NCBI RefSeq assembly: GCF_000150275.1
Contig: NW_002060953.1
Coordinates: 2,035,429 to 2,099,428 of the forward strand
Origin: Trichoplax adhaerens
Taxonomy: Eukaryota; Animalia; Placozoa
Direction: 5' to 3'
Length of the DNA: 64,000 bases
Part shown: positions 12,056-25,115 of the stretch, one piece after another
Layout of the letters: each line of letters begins with the position of its first letter
Numbering within the stretch: position 1 is the stretch's first letter
Made by a program: the position numbers and the translations under genes
The notes under the pieces: generated by a model
The model's database searches: none
What the model was told of the DNA's origin: nothing
The model's input: only the letters and a program-made list of their open reading frames with translations

Positions 12056-15000
12056 ATGGCTATCTTCAATGTTACATGGATATTACTCAGTTTTACATGT
12101 GGAATACTAATCCAAAGTTAGTTTTATAGTGTGGTATTAACACTAACAATATTACTTAGTCAATACTGTAATTAAGCAGACTGTAGCGATACAATACATT
12201 ATGTATTAGTTCATATAAATCGTTAGGAAGAAGTAATAATAACTTGAGTTAAACGTTGATGAGAGCAATTTCTGAACTTATTTCTTTGTATGAGTAAATG
12301 TAGAATTATACTTAACTCCATATGAAAATTATAATTACTAGCATTCTTTATATTTAACAAATTTATTTAAAACATTATAGAAAGAAGTTTTGTTCTCTAT
12401 TTCTACCTTAATTATAGTATGCTTTGGTCGCAGCCAGGAAGATTCTGGGATGGTTTGTAATCACTTAGGTAAGTGGATACTATATTCTTCCCTTAATAAT
12501 AGAATAGAATCAGTAGCAATTTTCTTTTTTCTTAATCAAAGTAGCGTCGGCTATTTTCTTAATTTTTTGTACAAACATACTGTACAATACGTTGAACTAG
12601 CTGTAATTAATTCTAATCGCTATTTTACAATTATATAAACGATTATTATAAGCTTATTATTAAATGCAACTTTTATTCCTGGTGTTTATTGATACTGTAC
12701 GTAGCGGATTTACCTCCCATCAGAAAAGTGTTTTCCGTTACCGAATGTACACAATTTAAATTAACATGGAGTCCACCTGCAGTTCAATCCCACTGTATTC
12801 CCGAACTTCGCTATCGGGTTCACTATAAAATTTATTCTAGTAATAGAATTTTGGATTGGAAAATTGCATGCAATAATACTTCAATAGCTAACTGTGACAT
12901 TTTAATCAGCGGCCGCTTGATAGGCACAACAATAGTTTATAAAGTTGAAGCCTTTTTGATTCAAAATATTGCCATCACTTCATCCACTTACTATTACAGG
13001 AATTGGCCAAACTTAAACTGTAAGTTGCTACTTTTAGATATTGATAAGGCTATCCTCTGTTAACATGAACTTGCGAATGTATTTTAAAACTTATTTAAAT
13101 TGGAATCAGCAAGCAAGACTTCTTTCATAAAATTTAGCCTTGGTTCGGAGAAGAGAAATAATATTTTACAACGATTAAGGACTGCCTTTGCCTTAAGGAA
13201 ATATCTATAGTAAATCTACTTCACTTTGCTAGTTATCATTTGAGTAAATTGGTTGCTTTTCTGTACAGTTAACACAGGCAATGATAAAAATTTTGATTGG
13301 CTCAAATTTTGAAAGACATAGACCATGTTATTGCACCTTTATTAGAGAGTTTTTTATTCCATGCATGAAAAAGTAAATTTCTACTTGTAGTTATTTAGTT
13401 ACGTTCTTTTTATTGACTTGAGATACACCAATTTAGATCTATCTACCTAGCTTGCGTTCAAGTTTCTCGATTAGTTGCCATCCATAAGTTACATTTAAAT
13501 ACTAGCTCTTACATACAAGTACACAGCCACTGAAATGATTTTCAAGAACTGCAGTAGAACATTAAATATATACAAATAGAACTTATAGTATTAATCTTTG
13601 ATATCAATATCTATCCATACCGATGGCAACAACAATTGTGTCAGTTTTCTACGATATGCAAGTACAGCGATTCATGCTAACTTATTAAACGGTACAACTA
13701 AGTTATTCTAAAATGGCATTTGCATTGCAATGTACGTGTTCCTGATTTTAAATTGTTATCATGTCGCATTATAGTTAAACCGGTACCCCCAGAAGATTGC
13801 AAAACTGTAATCAATTATGAAAAAGAGACTGTTCGTTTAACATGCAATCGCCATAACCGATGTTTCTATGGGTCAGCATATGCATATAATTTCTACTTGG
13901 CAATTCAAAATCAAACTGGAGTTGTGGAGAAAGTAAGGAATGTTGATAGTACTTCATTACATTTCGAGTCATATTTTATTTTTGTTAAGTCTATATATAC
14001 TAAATATACCCTATAATTCAAATTAAAACCAATTTTACTAGCCATGGTTTTGTTGATTAATTTAATGATTTTATATTTATAATTAGTTATTAAAAAGTTG
14101 ATTGCCGATATTTGAATATGATTTTTAGTATACACAGGATGGCTCAAGAATTAAAATCCTGCCTTTCTCGCAACTAAATAAAACAATTTCTTATTACTGG
14201 TACGCCAGCTCTACAACTTACAGTAATAAAGAAAGCAAATTTACGGCACATTATCCTTTTCAAATAAAGATTACCGATGCTGAACCAAAATTGAATGTTA
14301 GTCAAAGCACTGTTCAAGCTGACATTCTAACGCATTTTACTTCGAAGCCAACTACGACCGAGCCAATCAACTATTGCAATATAAACCGTAAGTAAAATTT
14401 TCTACATTCTTTAATCATGCATTTAAACAGAAAATTAATAGAATTTCGCGTCTTTAATCTTCTTAATTGCCGCTACTATTACGTAATTGGCACTTAAATA
14501 GCAACATCCTTTAATCTTACCGATTTGACTGACTCCGCATGCAAAATCTACTCTTAAACTCGCTTTCATAATAATTTAGTTGTAATTAATCTAAGATTGC
14601 TTGTTGCACTTTTATAAATATTACACTAATACAAAGTCTTGGTTTCTGTCGATGAGTTTACTTTCGATTCTTTGTAAATCATAAAAATACGTAAAAATTA
14701 AGGGATAGTCGTCATACTTAACTTAAATATTTGGTTTGATGGAAATTGAATTATCATTACTACGTATAATTGGCAATTGGAGCCACTGATACTGTAGACT
14801 GATTGATGGCGGGTGATTATTAAATAATATCAATTACAGTATTAAGGATGAAAGAAGCTGCTAAAAATCATTATTCGATAGTAAACAAAGAGGAAGCAAT
14901 TCTTATTAAGATATTTAATTAGTCTTAGCTTAAGATTTTAAGAATAGCAATGTGCTTATAAATTTCGAACTGAGCTATTAAGACTGTAGTTATAGTAAAT

Positions 15001-18000
15001 CCTCATTTTTTTACTTGAAACTTCATGCTATCAAGTTACTAAAACTGTAAATAATTCTTTTTTGTATAAATCAGATGGAGGATGTAAAAAAAATGTCCAT
15101 TTTTTTCAGACAAATTGCCCTCTATCCAGAACATCAAAGTAGACACAATATGTACTCATTTCATTGTTAATTGGTCTCCTATAGATGTTAATGCTAACTG
15201 CTTACCATTAATTCGATATGGCGTTCGTTATAAAATTTATTCGCCTAGCAATAATGTTGATTGGCAATATTCTTGTAACCAAACGAGGGGGACAAGTTGT
15301 CAAATTGAAATTAATGGGAGACTGATAGGTGCTACCGTCGTCTTTAAAATTTTAGCCGCTACCAGTGACAACAAATTAACAACATCCAGTGACTATTACC
15401 GTAGTTGGCCAGCTTTAACATGTAAGCTAATACTAGGGTTTTGGTATTTCGCAATAAATAGATCTAATGATGGTGGATAATAAAATAAAAATATCAAATT
15501 TTGTTTCAGTCAAACCTGTGCCTCCGAAAGAATGTTTAGCTTCGGTTGATTACAAAAAGCGAGCTATTATACTAACTTGTAAACAGCATGATCGTTGTTT
15601 CTATGGTTCAATGTACTCTTATAATTTTTATATCTATATGAAAAACTCATCGAAATTGATTCACCAGGTAGGTAATTAATAAAGCCAGAAGTAAAATAAT
15701 TTTCGGCTTTAATTTATAATTTTCCATATTAACCAATTGACTAGCCTACTTTTTGTTAAGCTTAAGTTGCGCAATTTAGTAGAGATTCATGAAAATTTTA
15801 TCTATTCCAACTCTTTCTTAATAGTTTCAGGTAGGCTATACAAGAAGCAGAGTTGTCAGCTTTGACCTGTTGGATCTAGATACTGCCTATTATTGGTTTG
15901 CCAACGCAGAAAGATTTAATGGGAAAACTAGTCCGAACAGTACTCCATCAAATTTTGAAATATTATCACAACATGTGCCTCAATCGTTCAAAAAATCACT
16001 GAAAGTATCTCAGCTCATGAAACACTCCGGAAAGACAAATTCTTCTAAGCCAACATCCTTAATTATTAATTATAGCAACACTAGTGAAATCAACAATCTA
16101 GGTTGGTATTTTATAGAATGTAAACTAATGTCTATGTAAATAGTTACAACATAAAATATATCCAAATAATATGCTAATATAATAATAGTAATACGTTAAA
16201 TGTGCGTAGTTGCATAGTCTTAATTATCAATAGTAGCAGCATCAATATGCACTGCTAGTATGGAATATTTCACGATTGCATGAATAATTAGACGCAAAAA
16301 ATTATTGCCATAGGAAAAATTGGGATAAGCATTAAATAGAAGAGGCAATACGTGAAATGTTTTTAATAATCGGCATTTAATGCAATAATATATGATAATG
16401 TAAGTTTAGTTTGGCTATTAAGCTAACTAGTTTTATTTCGTTTTCATCCTCAAATTAACAGAAATTAGAAAAGAGTATGCTTTATGAACTATTTGTATAT
16501 TAATTAAAGAATATATTGTAGTAGCTACGTAAAAATTTGACTTGTTCAGCTAAAAATTAAATTAAAAAAATGCTGATCTATTGATTTCTTTCAGAACGCC
16601 GCCCCAACCCACCCACTATATGTTTAATTTATCCGAATTACTCAAGCAGAAAAATTAAATTATTCTGTGATCCATTAATTGATCAAGAAGATCACTGGAA
16701 AGAAATAATTCTAATAATCTGTCTTGCAGAACGGTTGGAAACACAAGTAATTAGCTAATCTATTATCGATAATAAAAGGCAGTTGTAAAGTAACAACATT
16801 CTGATTTTTATCTGTTTTTTCGCTTTTCGATATTATTCTCTTAATAGTCTTATTATCCTGTTTAAATGCTAATTTTTATATCTATAGGTGCCAGAAAGCT
16901 AATGCTAGTTTAATTTGGCATTTTGTTCGACATGATTGATTTTTTGCATCCTGTTTTTTCTTCTATGTAGATTAGTAAGGATTATGAACGCAAACAATTC
17001 GATCTTGCAGGATTTAATTTGTTCAAATTTGATTCGGATCATCTCTGGAAGGCTAAAATTAAAAACTATCAAGATAGATTTAGCGATTATTGTCCCACTA
17101 AGCAATTTCAAATATTCTCCAGAATAGCTAAACAATTTACGAATCTTGACAAGTTAACGCTTGTGAATGATATATGGCTCCAATTGAATACTACTGCTTC
17201 AGCTACAGCGAATCCTGGTATGAAAACTAAACTTATTTTATTATTTTCTCTACTATTTGATAATTGAAATAGCGAACAATCTATCAAAATGTAATAGACT
17301 CAAATAATAATGAAGCCATCGTCACATTCATGAAAATAATAATTTCCGTAATAATTTTATTTTGTCCATTTTTAATAATAAATTGCTACGTACAAAAAAA
17401 ATTTCAATATCTCCGTAATAATAAATTTATTCTAGAAAATCAGTTGCTAGTATTTCAAGTATTTCCTTCATCAGCAGCCTTAATTAGTATGAAAAAAATC
17501 TATCAACGCTTTTAACTATACAGTAGTCTACTAATTCAAGTTAATTTCAGCTATTACTGGGATCCCTCTGGACAAAACTGCTTCTATCTAATTTTATCAT
17601 TATCATTATTTATATTCTTTCAAGGCTATTTGACATAACTAACCAACTTTTTAATGTCAGCTCTTTTTGATCATTTCTCCACATTTGACAGAAATTTTAA
17701 TCATGCTACGTTCTATTTTGCTTCCGCTATTAAATGGTTTCTAAGTAGAAATTAATATTTAGTCTATCATTTCCTCCCTATTTCATGACATTAATTAAAA
17801 TGACGAAGTCATATTTAAATTTGATTTATATAGCTGCCATCATTTTAATCTTAAATTACTATCGCCAATTCTGTAATATCGCCCTTATCTAAATTTGTAA
17901 AAATGGATTTGCAAGTCATAAATTTGGGCTCTTTTTCAATATCCCTTTCATGATATACTTCATTAATTAGATTTCAATGACTTTTAATGCTTAAAATTAA

Positions 18001-18925
18001 TTAGGTTTTTAAAGATTTGCCTAAAAATTCTTGCATTAGAGCAACCATAAATTATTTACTATTAATTATCAGCTTTGTTATTTAACTTCTGTAAAGTTCG
18101 GTAGGAAGAATTACATTGATAAGTATATTATAAAAGTCGACTTTTGATCTCAATTAAATTGATTTAAACAAAAATTAGAACTTCTTACTTAGTAACTTTT
18201 TCGTAAGAAGCACCGATATTTAAAACTGTCCTCGATGAACTACATCGACCAAATATGATTTATAATTTATTACCAGATTTTAAGGCTTCATAATCTGTAA
18301 ATTGCTTTAACCCATTAGTACTAATTATTCCCCTTTCAATAATCAGTAACTGTTATAAAATTATTTACTATGGCCTAATATTATTTAAATTAAAGAGTTA
18401 TCAGCTATTGTAATTCATAAATTGTAAGCGGGTAAGTCCATAAATCCTGTCTTATTAATTTTTCGGTCGCAATCTTTATCACTATATGAAATCGTTAAAT
18501 GATCAGAAAATTGAAATAATGCTTCGTTCTTGATTCCGTATTATTTGATTCTTTTTTGTCATCTAGAAAGTAAATATTATATTTATCAAGATAAATCCAG
18601 AACTATGCTGGATCTAAACGTATTGTTGCTATAATTTTTCTTCTCTGTTAGACTAAAAAAATTATCAGCAAAATATAATCATTCAATTTGAACTTAAAAT
18701 TAAATTCTTTAAATGTATAGTCAGTCTCATTTTATTTCTATTATCAATAACTAAATATTCTGAATTAATATTAAAGGTGGACATCAATCAGCAATTTCAA
18801 AGTTTTCCTTGACTGCTGTCATAGCCGTAACCATTCCAATCGCCATTTTAATAATTGCAATTGGTGCCTTAGGGTATTTTATCCGGATTGGTCAAAACAA
18901 AAAAGTGGCAAGCACCTTCCTTTAA
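12056..18925 (+). CDS. Type I membrane protein, ~712 aa: signal peptide, two D200-like FN3 pairs plus one extra FN3, TM helix, 13-aa tail; class II cytokine receptor / tissue factor-like
   Basis: Eleven GT-AG exons join in one open frame of 2139 nt: 12056-12116, 12418-12468, 12705-13019, 13775-13932, 14129-14387, 15110-15421, 15510-15667, 15825-16101, 16595-16746, 16971-17217, 18777-18925. Signal MAIFNVTWILLSFTCGILIQICFG; motifs LTWSPP, LRYRVHYKIY, WKIACNNTSIANC, WQYSCNQTRGTSC; TM AVIAVTIPIAILIIAIGALGYFI. The gene structure is solid; the family assignment is by motif. Confidence 0.88.
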
Positions 18926-21109
18926 GGAAAATCTGACTCAATTCGCTTTTAAGTCCTCTAAGCGGTATTAATTAGCTCAGGTTACTAGTAAAGGCGGAAA
19001 TGGTAATTTTCTCTATGCTTTCTTTTCTTCTTGTTAACTTCCATGCATGATTACCGTTGACAAGGGTTAACTGTCTGAAATTTAATCGAGTCTTTTCATT
19101 CCACATCGAAACAATTGACTGCGAATAATATTGTTTTGGACTCTTTTGATTGTGATCGTCTCTCATGCTTTATTAAATTTAGAAATTTTAATTAAAACTC
19201 GTATAAAATGTGATGTACTAGTAATCCAATTGTCTTGGAAATTTGAAAAAAAAGATTCTTTGCATTCGCTATGGTTTATGGGCTAATTTGATCGTAATTT
19301 TCCTTAAAAATATTCGAATGGAATTGCCTATCAGGTTAGAGCTTGAACTACTATAGGTGTCAAAGAGCTCTACCGACAATTATCCTGTATTTAGCTATCA
19401 ATAATTTGATCATTGAAATATCCTTATGAGTGCTAACTTAATGTGAGTGTATAAGTCAAACTTATTGGAATAATACAAGAAATATCAACCATGATTTTGC
19501 ACGGTTAAATATTTCGTTAAACGCTTTCGCGTCTTTTCGCTTTATTTGTCTTCGCAATAATTAATTAATATTTCAAAGTCAATTATCATCCTATCCATAA
19601 ATTTTCTTTAACTGCTTTAAAAAGTTGTGCTAATCAAGTAGACTTCGAGTTAAAGATAAAATCAACTATTAGATTTTAATCTGTATTAAGAGTTACCATT
19701 TTCGATAGTTGCTAGAATTAATCGTAGACAACTTGTAGTGATCTTATTATTGTTAAATATCGTGTGCTATCGATTTCAAATTTTAGTTGTAGCAGTTTCT
19801 ACGTCATGATAGGAAAAGATTGATCCAATTTATGATCAAGAAATCGTTACATAGGGCGTACGTTTATGCAACTGATAACTTGAGAGGTTTCGATTCTTAT
19901 AACAATCTCTTAATTTATTATTGTTGAATGAAATTAAATAAATTACCTTCGACTGACGACTTTATTTGAGTTATAAATGTTAAAATATAATACAGCTAAA
20001 ATATAATTTCGCTTTATCTCATCAATGCATAAACTTCTGATATAGCAAATGATGCTAATGTTTGCCAATTGAGGCTTGTTCTAATCTTGCAACATCGATT
20101 CAATATAAAAATAAAAGTATCTTTAGCGACTCTAAAATGTTTTAACGGTATACTCGTAGTCGGATATGCTCGTTCTTTGTTGATAGCGAAAGGAAATTCT
20201 GTTGATATTTAGTGGGTGAACCAGAATGCGATTTTTGAGCATTAAATGAAATGTAATCTTTTCGTAACGGTTGAGTCTTCTATTTTTGAAATGTATGCAT
20301 AAATGTAGACTAATAATATGTTCTCAGAAAATTAATGTTGATATGCTTGATAGAATAAAATGATAAGGTGCTAGAGCAACGTTACAGCACAAGTGCGCTT
20401 TAGCATTCTCAGAAATATCGAAATCGATATGATCTAGCAGGACATTCTCAGCATACTAAGGCTACAGAAATGTTAAAAATAACAGTGAGAGTATCTACTA
20501 TTCATATCGTCAAATTTGCAAAAAAAGTGTTCTGTCCTAGCTTGAATTTTACTGACACGCTAGGATTAATTTCTACGAATTCGTTAAGCATCAAGTATTT
20601 TTTCCAATTACCACAAACTATTAAAGAATGTCTAGCTTTGCAGTTTCTGTTTTTTTCTTTCGAATTATTGTTCACGGATCAGTTTATTTGCTAATAATTG
20701 ATACTTATACTACAGAAACAAAGTTTAATGATATAATAGCTATCAAGAATCAATTTAAAGCGCTACTTAAATTTTACCTTTCAATTTCTGGATATCATAA
20801 ATTGCTAATCCCTAAGTATCTGACCAAATATTACAAGTTAGGGTTAGAATTGAATAGATAATTAAATATCGTATCAAAATGCAAAAATACGAAAATGCTT
20901 ATTGGAAAGAATATTCATTGTTAAGCAACAGATACACTGAAGCCGTATTATGCTTTTGTGAAAATATTTTATTCGAAACTTGTGTTCGGTAACTAGCTAA
21001 TAGATCAATTCGATCGTAAAAAAGGAAATTTTTCAGTTGAAGGTATATATAATTCAAAGTGAAAAATATAAAATATCTTAAAAACTATTCAATTTATTTG
21101 GTGTCGAAA

Positions 21110-24100
21110 TTAAGATTCTTCCATCGCTTTATATATAAGTGATTCTGCTACTTGATTATAATAGATACGACAATATGGTGAGCAAGATCGAAATATTAAA
21201 GGTAAGGTATGCACACCAAACATTCGTCCTGCAGGGCGAATAACTTTTAACCCCTCGCCATAAATTGGTCCTCCACAGCAAAGGCACTGACGTTCCCTAA
21301 ATAACGTGAGAAAATCATAAAATTATTATATTTTAATACATGATGTCTAACTAGATAAATTCAAAGAGGGAATAAATATATTTCATTAATGATGTTGTTT
21401 ACTAATGTCTGTTTAAGTATGCGCATTGATTTTTAAATACTAGAAAATGACAACTTGGAATAATGTGTACCACAGAATGAAAATTAAATTATATACAACT
21501 ATATGTCATCTGTTTACAGGAAAATTGTAGCTAGATTACCAGGGTAACATCCCTAAATTAAAGCTGTCATATTAGATTTTATCGGAGAATTAGTGTTACA
21601 ATACTAATTAAAATAGACATACTTGCTTAGTATTTCTTCAATATTTTCTGGCAGAGATTGGTATCTTAGATGGAGTCCACTTTGGCGAAAGACGATTGCT
21701 GTTATATCCTTTAAAGGCTGCAAAGTCCAAATTCATTATTTAATTGCGAGATTAGATCATACATAGTAAATTAATTTTTGCTCATTGTATGTAGACTCTA
21801 GGCTAGTAAGATATCAAAATGAATTTACAGTATTAATTTCAGTCAAAACCTGATTAAAATAGTATTTGAATATTTTGTTAAATTTTTTTACAAAATACAG
21901 ATACCTGCGGATCATTTTTAGTATAATTAGCCCAGAATAGTGGATGGATGTAGTTATTGGCAATATACAAATGTTTGAGATCTAAATTCATGACATCGCA
22001 TGGTAAAGCAACAATTTCATTTCCTTCCAAGTTTAAAATCCGAAGATTTCTATTTATTGTGAGAATATGATAGTATTATCCAAATTTTATGACTAGAAAT
22101 CCATAATAAATGACTTGAATAAATTTTTGATATAGACTAATATTAATTATAAAATATCGCAAAATTTAATTACTGGAGCTTTCCAATGTTTGGGTGAATT
22201 TCAGATATTCGATTGTATGAAAAATCCAAATGATCAAGTTCCTTAATATTGTAAATGCTAAACAATTCGTTGTCATGCTTATGAGAAAGGGTTAAATTTT
22301 TTGATAAAAAGGCAGCAATTACCGCTACAAAATTCAATCTTAATGTAGGAAGAATCTATAATCTCAAAACGAAAACATGACGGTCTTTACCTTTCCGGTA
22401 AACTATTCAATAAGCAGTGAGATGCGCCTAACGTTTTAAGGTTGGATAGCCTGTCAATGTCTGTAGTTACGATTAATAATTAGTTTTATACTATTTCAAT
22501 CACATCATTGTTAAGATCATATCAACAAATTTTATCGGGTAGAAGAAAGCAATCTATATTGTTTGCAATAACCTTTACCTGTAGGAATTTCCGGAATTGG
22601 GTTATTTCTTAAATAAAGTACTTCAAGATATTTTAATTCGTATAACTCCGAAGGAAATTCCTGGAATTTGATCATTAATATGATAATCTAAGAAGATATG
22701 GCTCAAGCTTAAAAGTAATCATCTTCAAAACATATTCTTACCGTAAAATTATTAAATGACAAATTTAACCAACGTAATGTTTGGAAAACAGGTGATAAAT
22801 TAGGTAAGGAGCTTATAAAATAGGCCTGTACAGATGTTAAGTTCATTTAAGATTTGAATGGTTCATAAATTATGAAAAGATATGTTTACACAAGCATTTA
22901 CCTTTAAACTTAGAGAGAATCCTTTTGCTTGGATCATGCAATTAAATACCGCAGCTTCTGATGGATTGACATCTAAATTACCTTCCATCGCTATTACAAG
23001 AATTTTAGAATAAATATTATTAAAAAGGTAGCGTAGTATAACTGATGGTATTATTATTACTATTCAATTAATTAATTAGATTGAACCTAAGAGAGGAAAA
23101 TTCGCGTCTAGATCTTGGCTTTGCTCGTTTTTGGATTCATTTAGTTTGGACATGTATTCTGATTCAGTATGAGCGTCCACTTTCCTGATTAATTTTTTAA
23201 GCGTCAGTATATCGAATGTACAGGTCTAAGTTGACCATTTGTAAATAATTTTTTTTGAATAAAAACTATTAACAAACCAAGATGATGAACTTCTTGTATA
23301 ACTTATGCTACTTGCTCCAGGTGTGGCAGCATGCCCTCTAACATATTCATCTAACTGTTCTTTCTTAGATTCTACATTAAAAATTTAATATTATTTGTAA
23401 ACTTGAATTAGCTAAATTTCTTTACGCTATTTATTATAGCTTTATGCTTATTACCAACCTATTAGCAATTGCTTATATGGCCGACGTGGAAGCTTAACAG
23501 CTGGTAAGTCGACTAATGAAAATAACAAAGTGGCTGAGAAATTGACAATAAATACCCTACAATGACTGCGGCCATATTTATTAATTGTATGATAATCAAA
23601 GGAACTACAAAGTCCAAAGAAATTTTTTTTTAATGTCGATAAGAATTGCCACAAAAATAATTGTAATCCTATCAGTCTCAAAAAGCCTCTATGAAATAAA
23701 CTTTAGCGGAGCATACGTACTTTATAAGCTTCGACATAATCTATGCTGGTAAATCAATGTAATGGTAGACATGCGTAAAATTATTGACAACTGCAGACTA
23801 ATGTGACAAACTGTCAACAAAACCTTCTGAAGCTTACTGTCATCAACGGAAACTTGAGCAGGCTTCAGAGTTTTATTTGAATTTCGGGCAAAAATGGCTA
23901 CCATTTCATCATAATTCTTTTTTGATAACATTAAGCTACGAGCAACAATCGTTAAATCGTTACCCTCCACCTGTTTGGGATTAAGTTTGAAATCATCAAG
24001 AGTGAATATTGGGTTGGATTTAATAAATACGCCATATTGGTCTTGATAGTTAAATTTCGCAGTAGGTTTTGTTGGTTTTGTATAACGACGTCTTGGTAAA

Positions 24101-24465
24101 GGATCGGGACCAGCTTCTTTCACAAATTCGATATCCTCTAATGTTAAACTTTGAAGAAGCTTATTTCCAACTATGCTAGTTTCTTCAACGAAGGAAGTAT
24201 GTGGCGTAGGAGCTCCAATATCTGCTTGGTTTTCATCTAGATAAGCTGCTTGATCTTCTGCTTTATCTTCTGCTAGAACATGTACTTGATGCTGTTTGTC
24301 GCTTAACTTACTATCCGCAATTGATAAAGAATCGCTCGATATAGTTGTTATATTGGGTGATTTTACCTGAGATTCAGTTGATGTTATTTCTTTTGTAGCA
24401 CCTAACGTAGGCGGTAAACTTTTAGCAGGTGCTAAAGGACGACGCAGTAGTTTACTTTTAGCCAT
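21110..24465 (-). CDS. LRRC63: Leucine-rich repeat-containing protein 63-like
   Basis: Long low-complexity first exon from ATG 24465, then LRR exons (AYFISSLPNLSPVFQTLRWLNLSFNNFT; EFPSELYELKYLEVLYLRNNPIPEIPT). Last exon 21296-21110 reads CLCCGGPIYGEGLKVIRP...FGVHTLPLIFRSCSPYC, matching the recalled LRRC63 C-terminus. Confidence 0.85.
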
Positions 24466-25101
24466 AACTAACTAAACTTAGACTCTCAACATCATAATAT
24501 CATTGTCTTAAATGAAACTCTTAGTATTTCTCAAGTATTTCATATCGCCAAATAATTTATACTTTTACCGTAAATGGTCAAAGCTCATAATAAATTACGA
24601 AAAATAGCATAACGAAATAAAATTTCGAGTTAAGGCCTCAATTGCCTTTTGTATATCAAACAGTTTTGTAATCTTTGTTGATAGCAGCGAAATCTATTAT
24701 GTTAAGACCGAAGTGAAATTATGAAATTAAAGTTTTAATTGTGCTATACACCAGATTCTGCGATGTAATAATCAGTGTAAAACAATCTAAATAAGCCAAC
24801 AGTAAAGATTCTCGATTTCATGTAACATACGTAGTAAGCAAATGCTAATGTTGTTTATTTCCAATCGAAAAGAAATGTTGAAATTGATGACTTTCGATGT
24901 AAGAAATTGATAATAACACTTATTTCTTCCAAACAGGCAACCAGTAGAGTTGAGCCTGCGCCTGCCAAATAATTGATAAGCCTTTGGATAAATCAAGTGG
25001 ATTCAATATCATTAAGAACAGCAGATTTAGCTGTATGTTTGTTGGAGATCGAGCTGCTAAAGACATAGAGTAACGAGGCCTATCTTCATATTTTTGCTTA
25101 T

Positions 25102-25115
25102 GTTACCATGGTTAC
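25102..25115 (-). promoter_or_regulatory. RFX X-box upstream of LRRC63
   Basis: Minus strand reads GTAACCATGGTAAC, matching GTNRCC-N2-RGYAAC, ~640 bp upstream of the ATG. Confidence 0.65.

Noticed and set aside
12705-17217. Class I cytokine receptor or RPTP/RTK assignment for the FN3 gene
   Set aside because: No WSXWS or C-x-W motif, and no phosphatase or kinase exons after the TM helix
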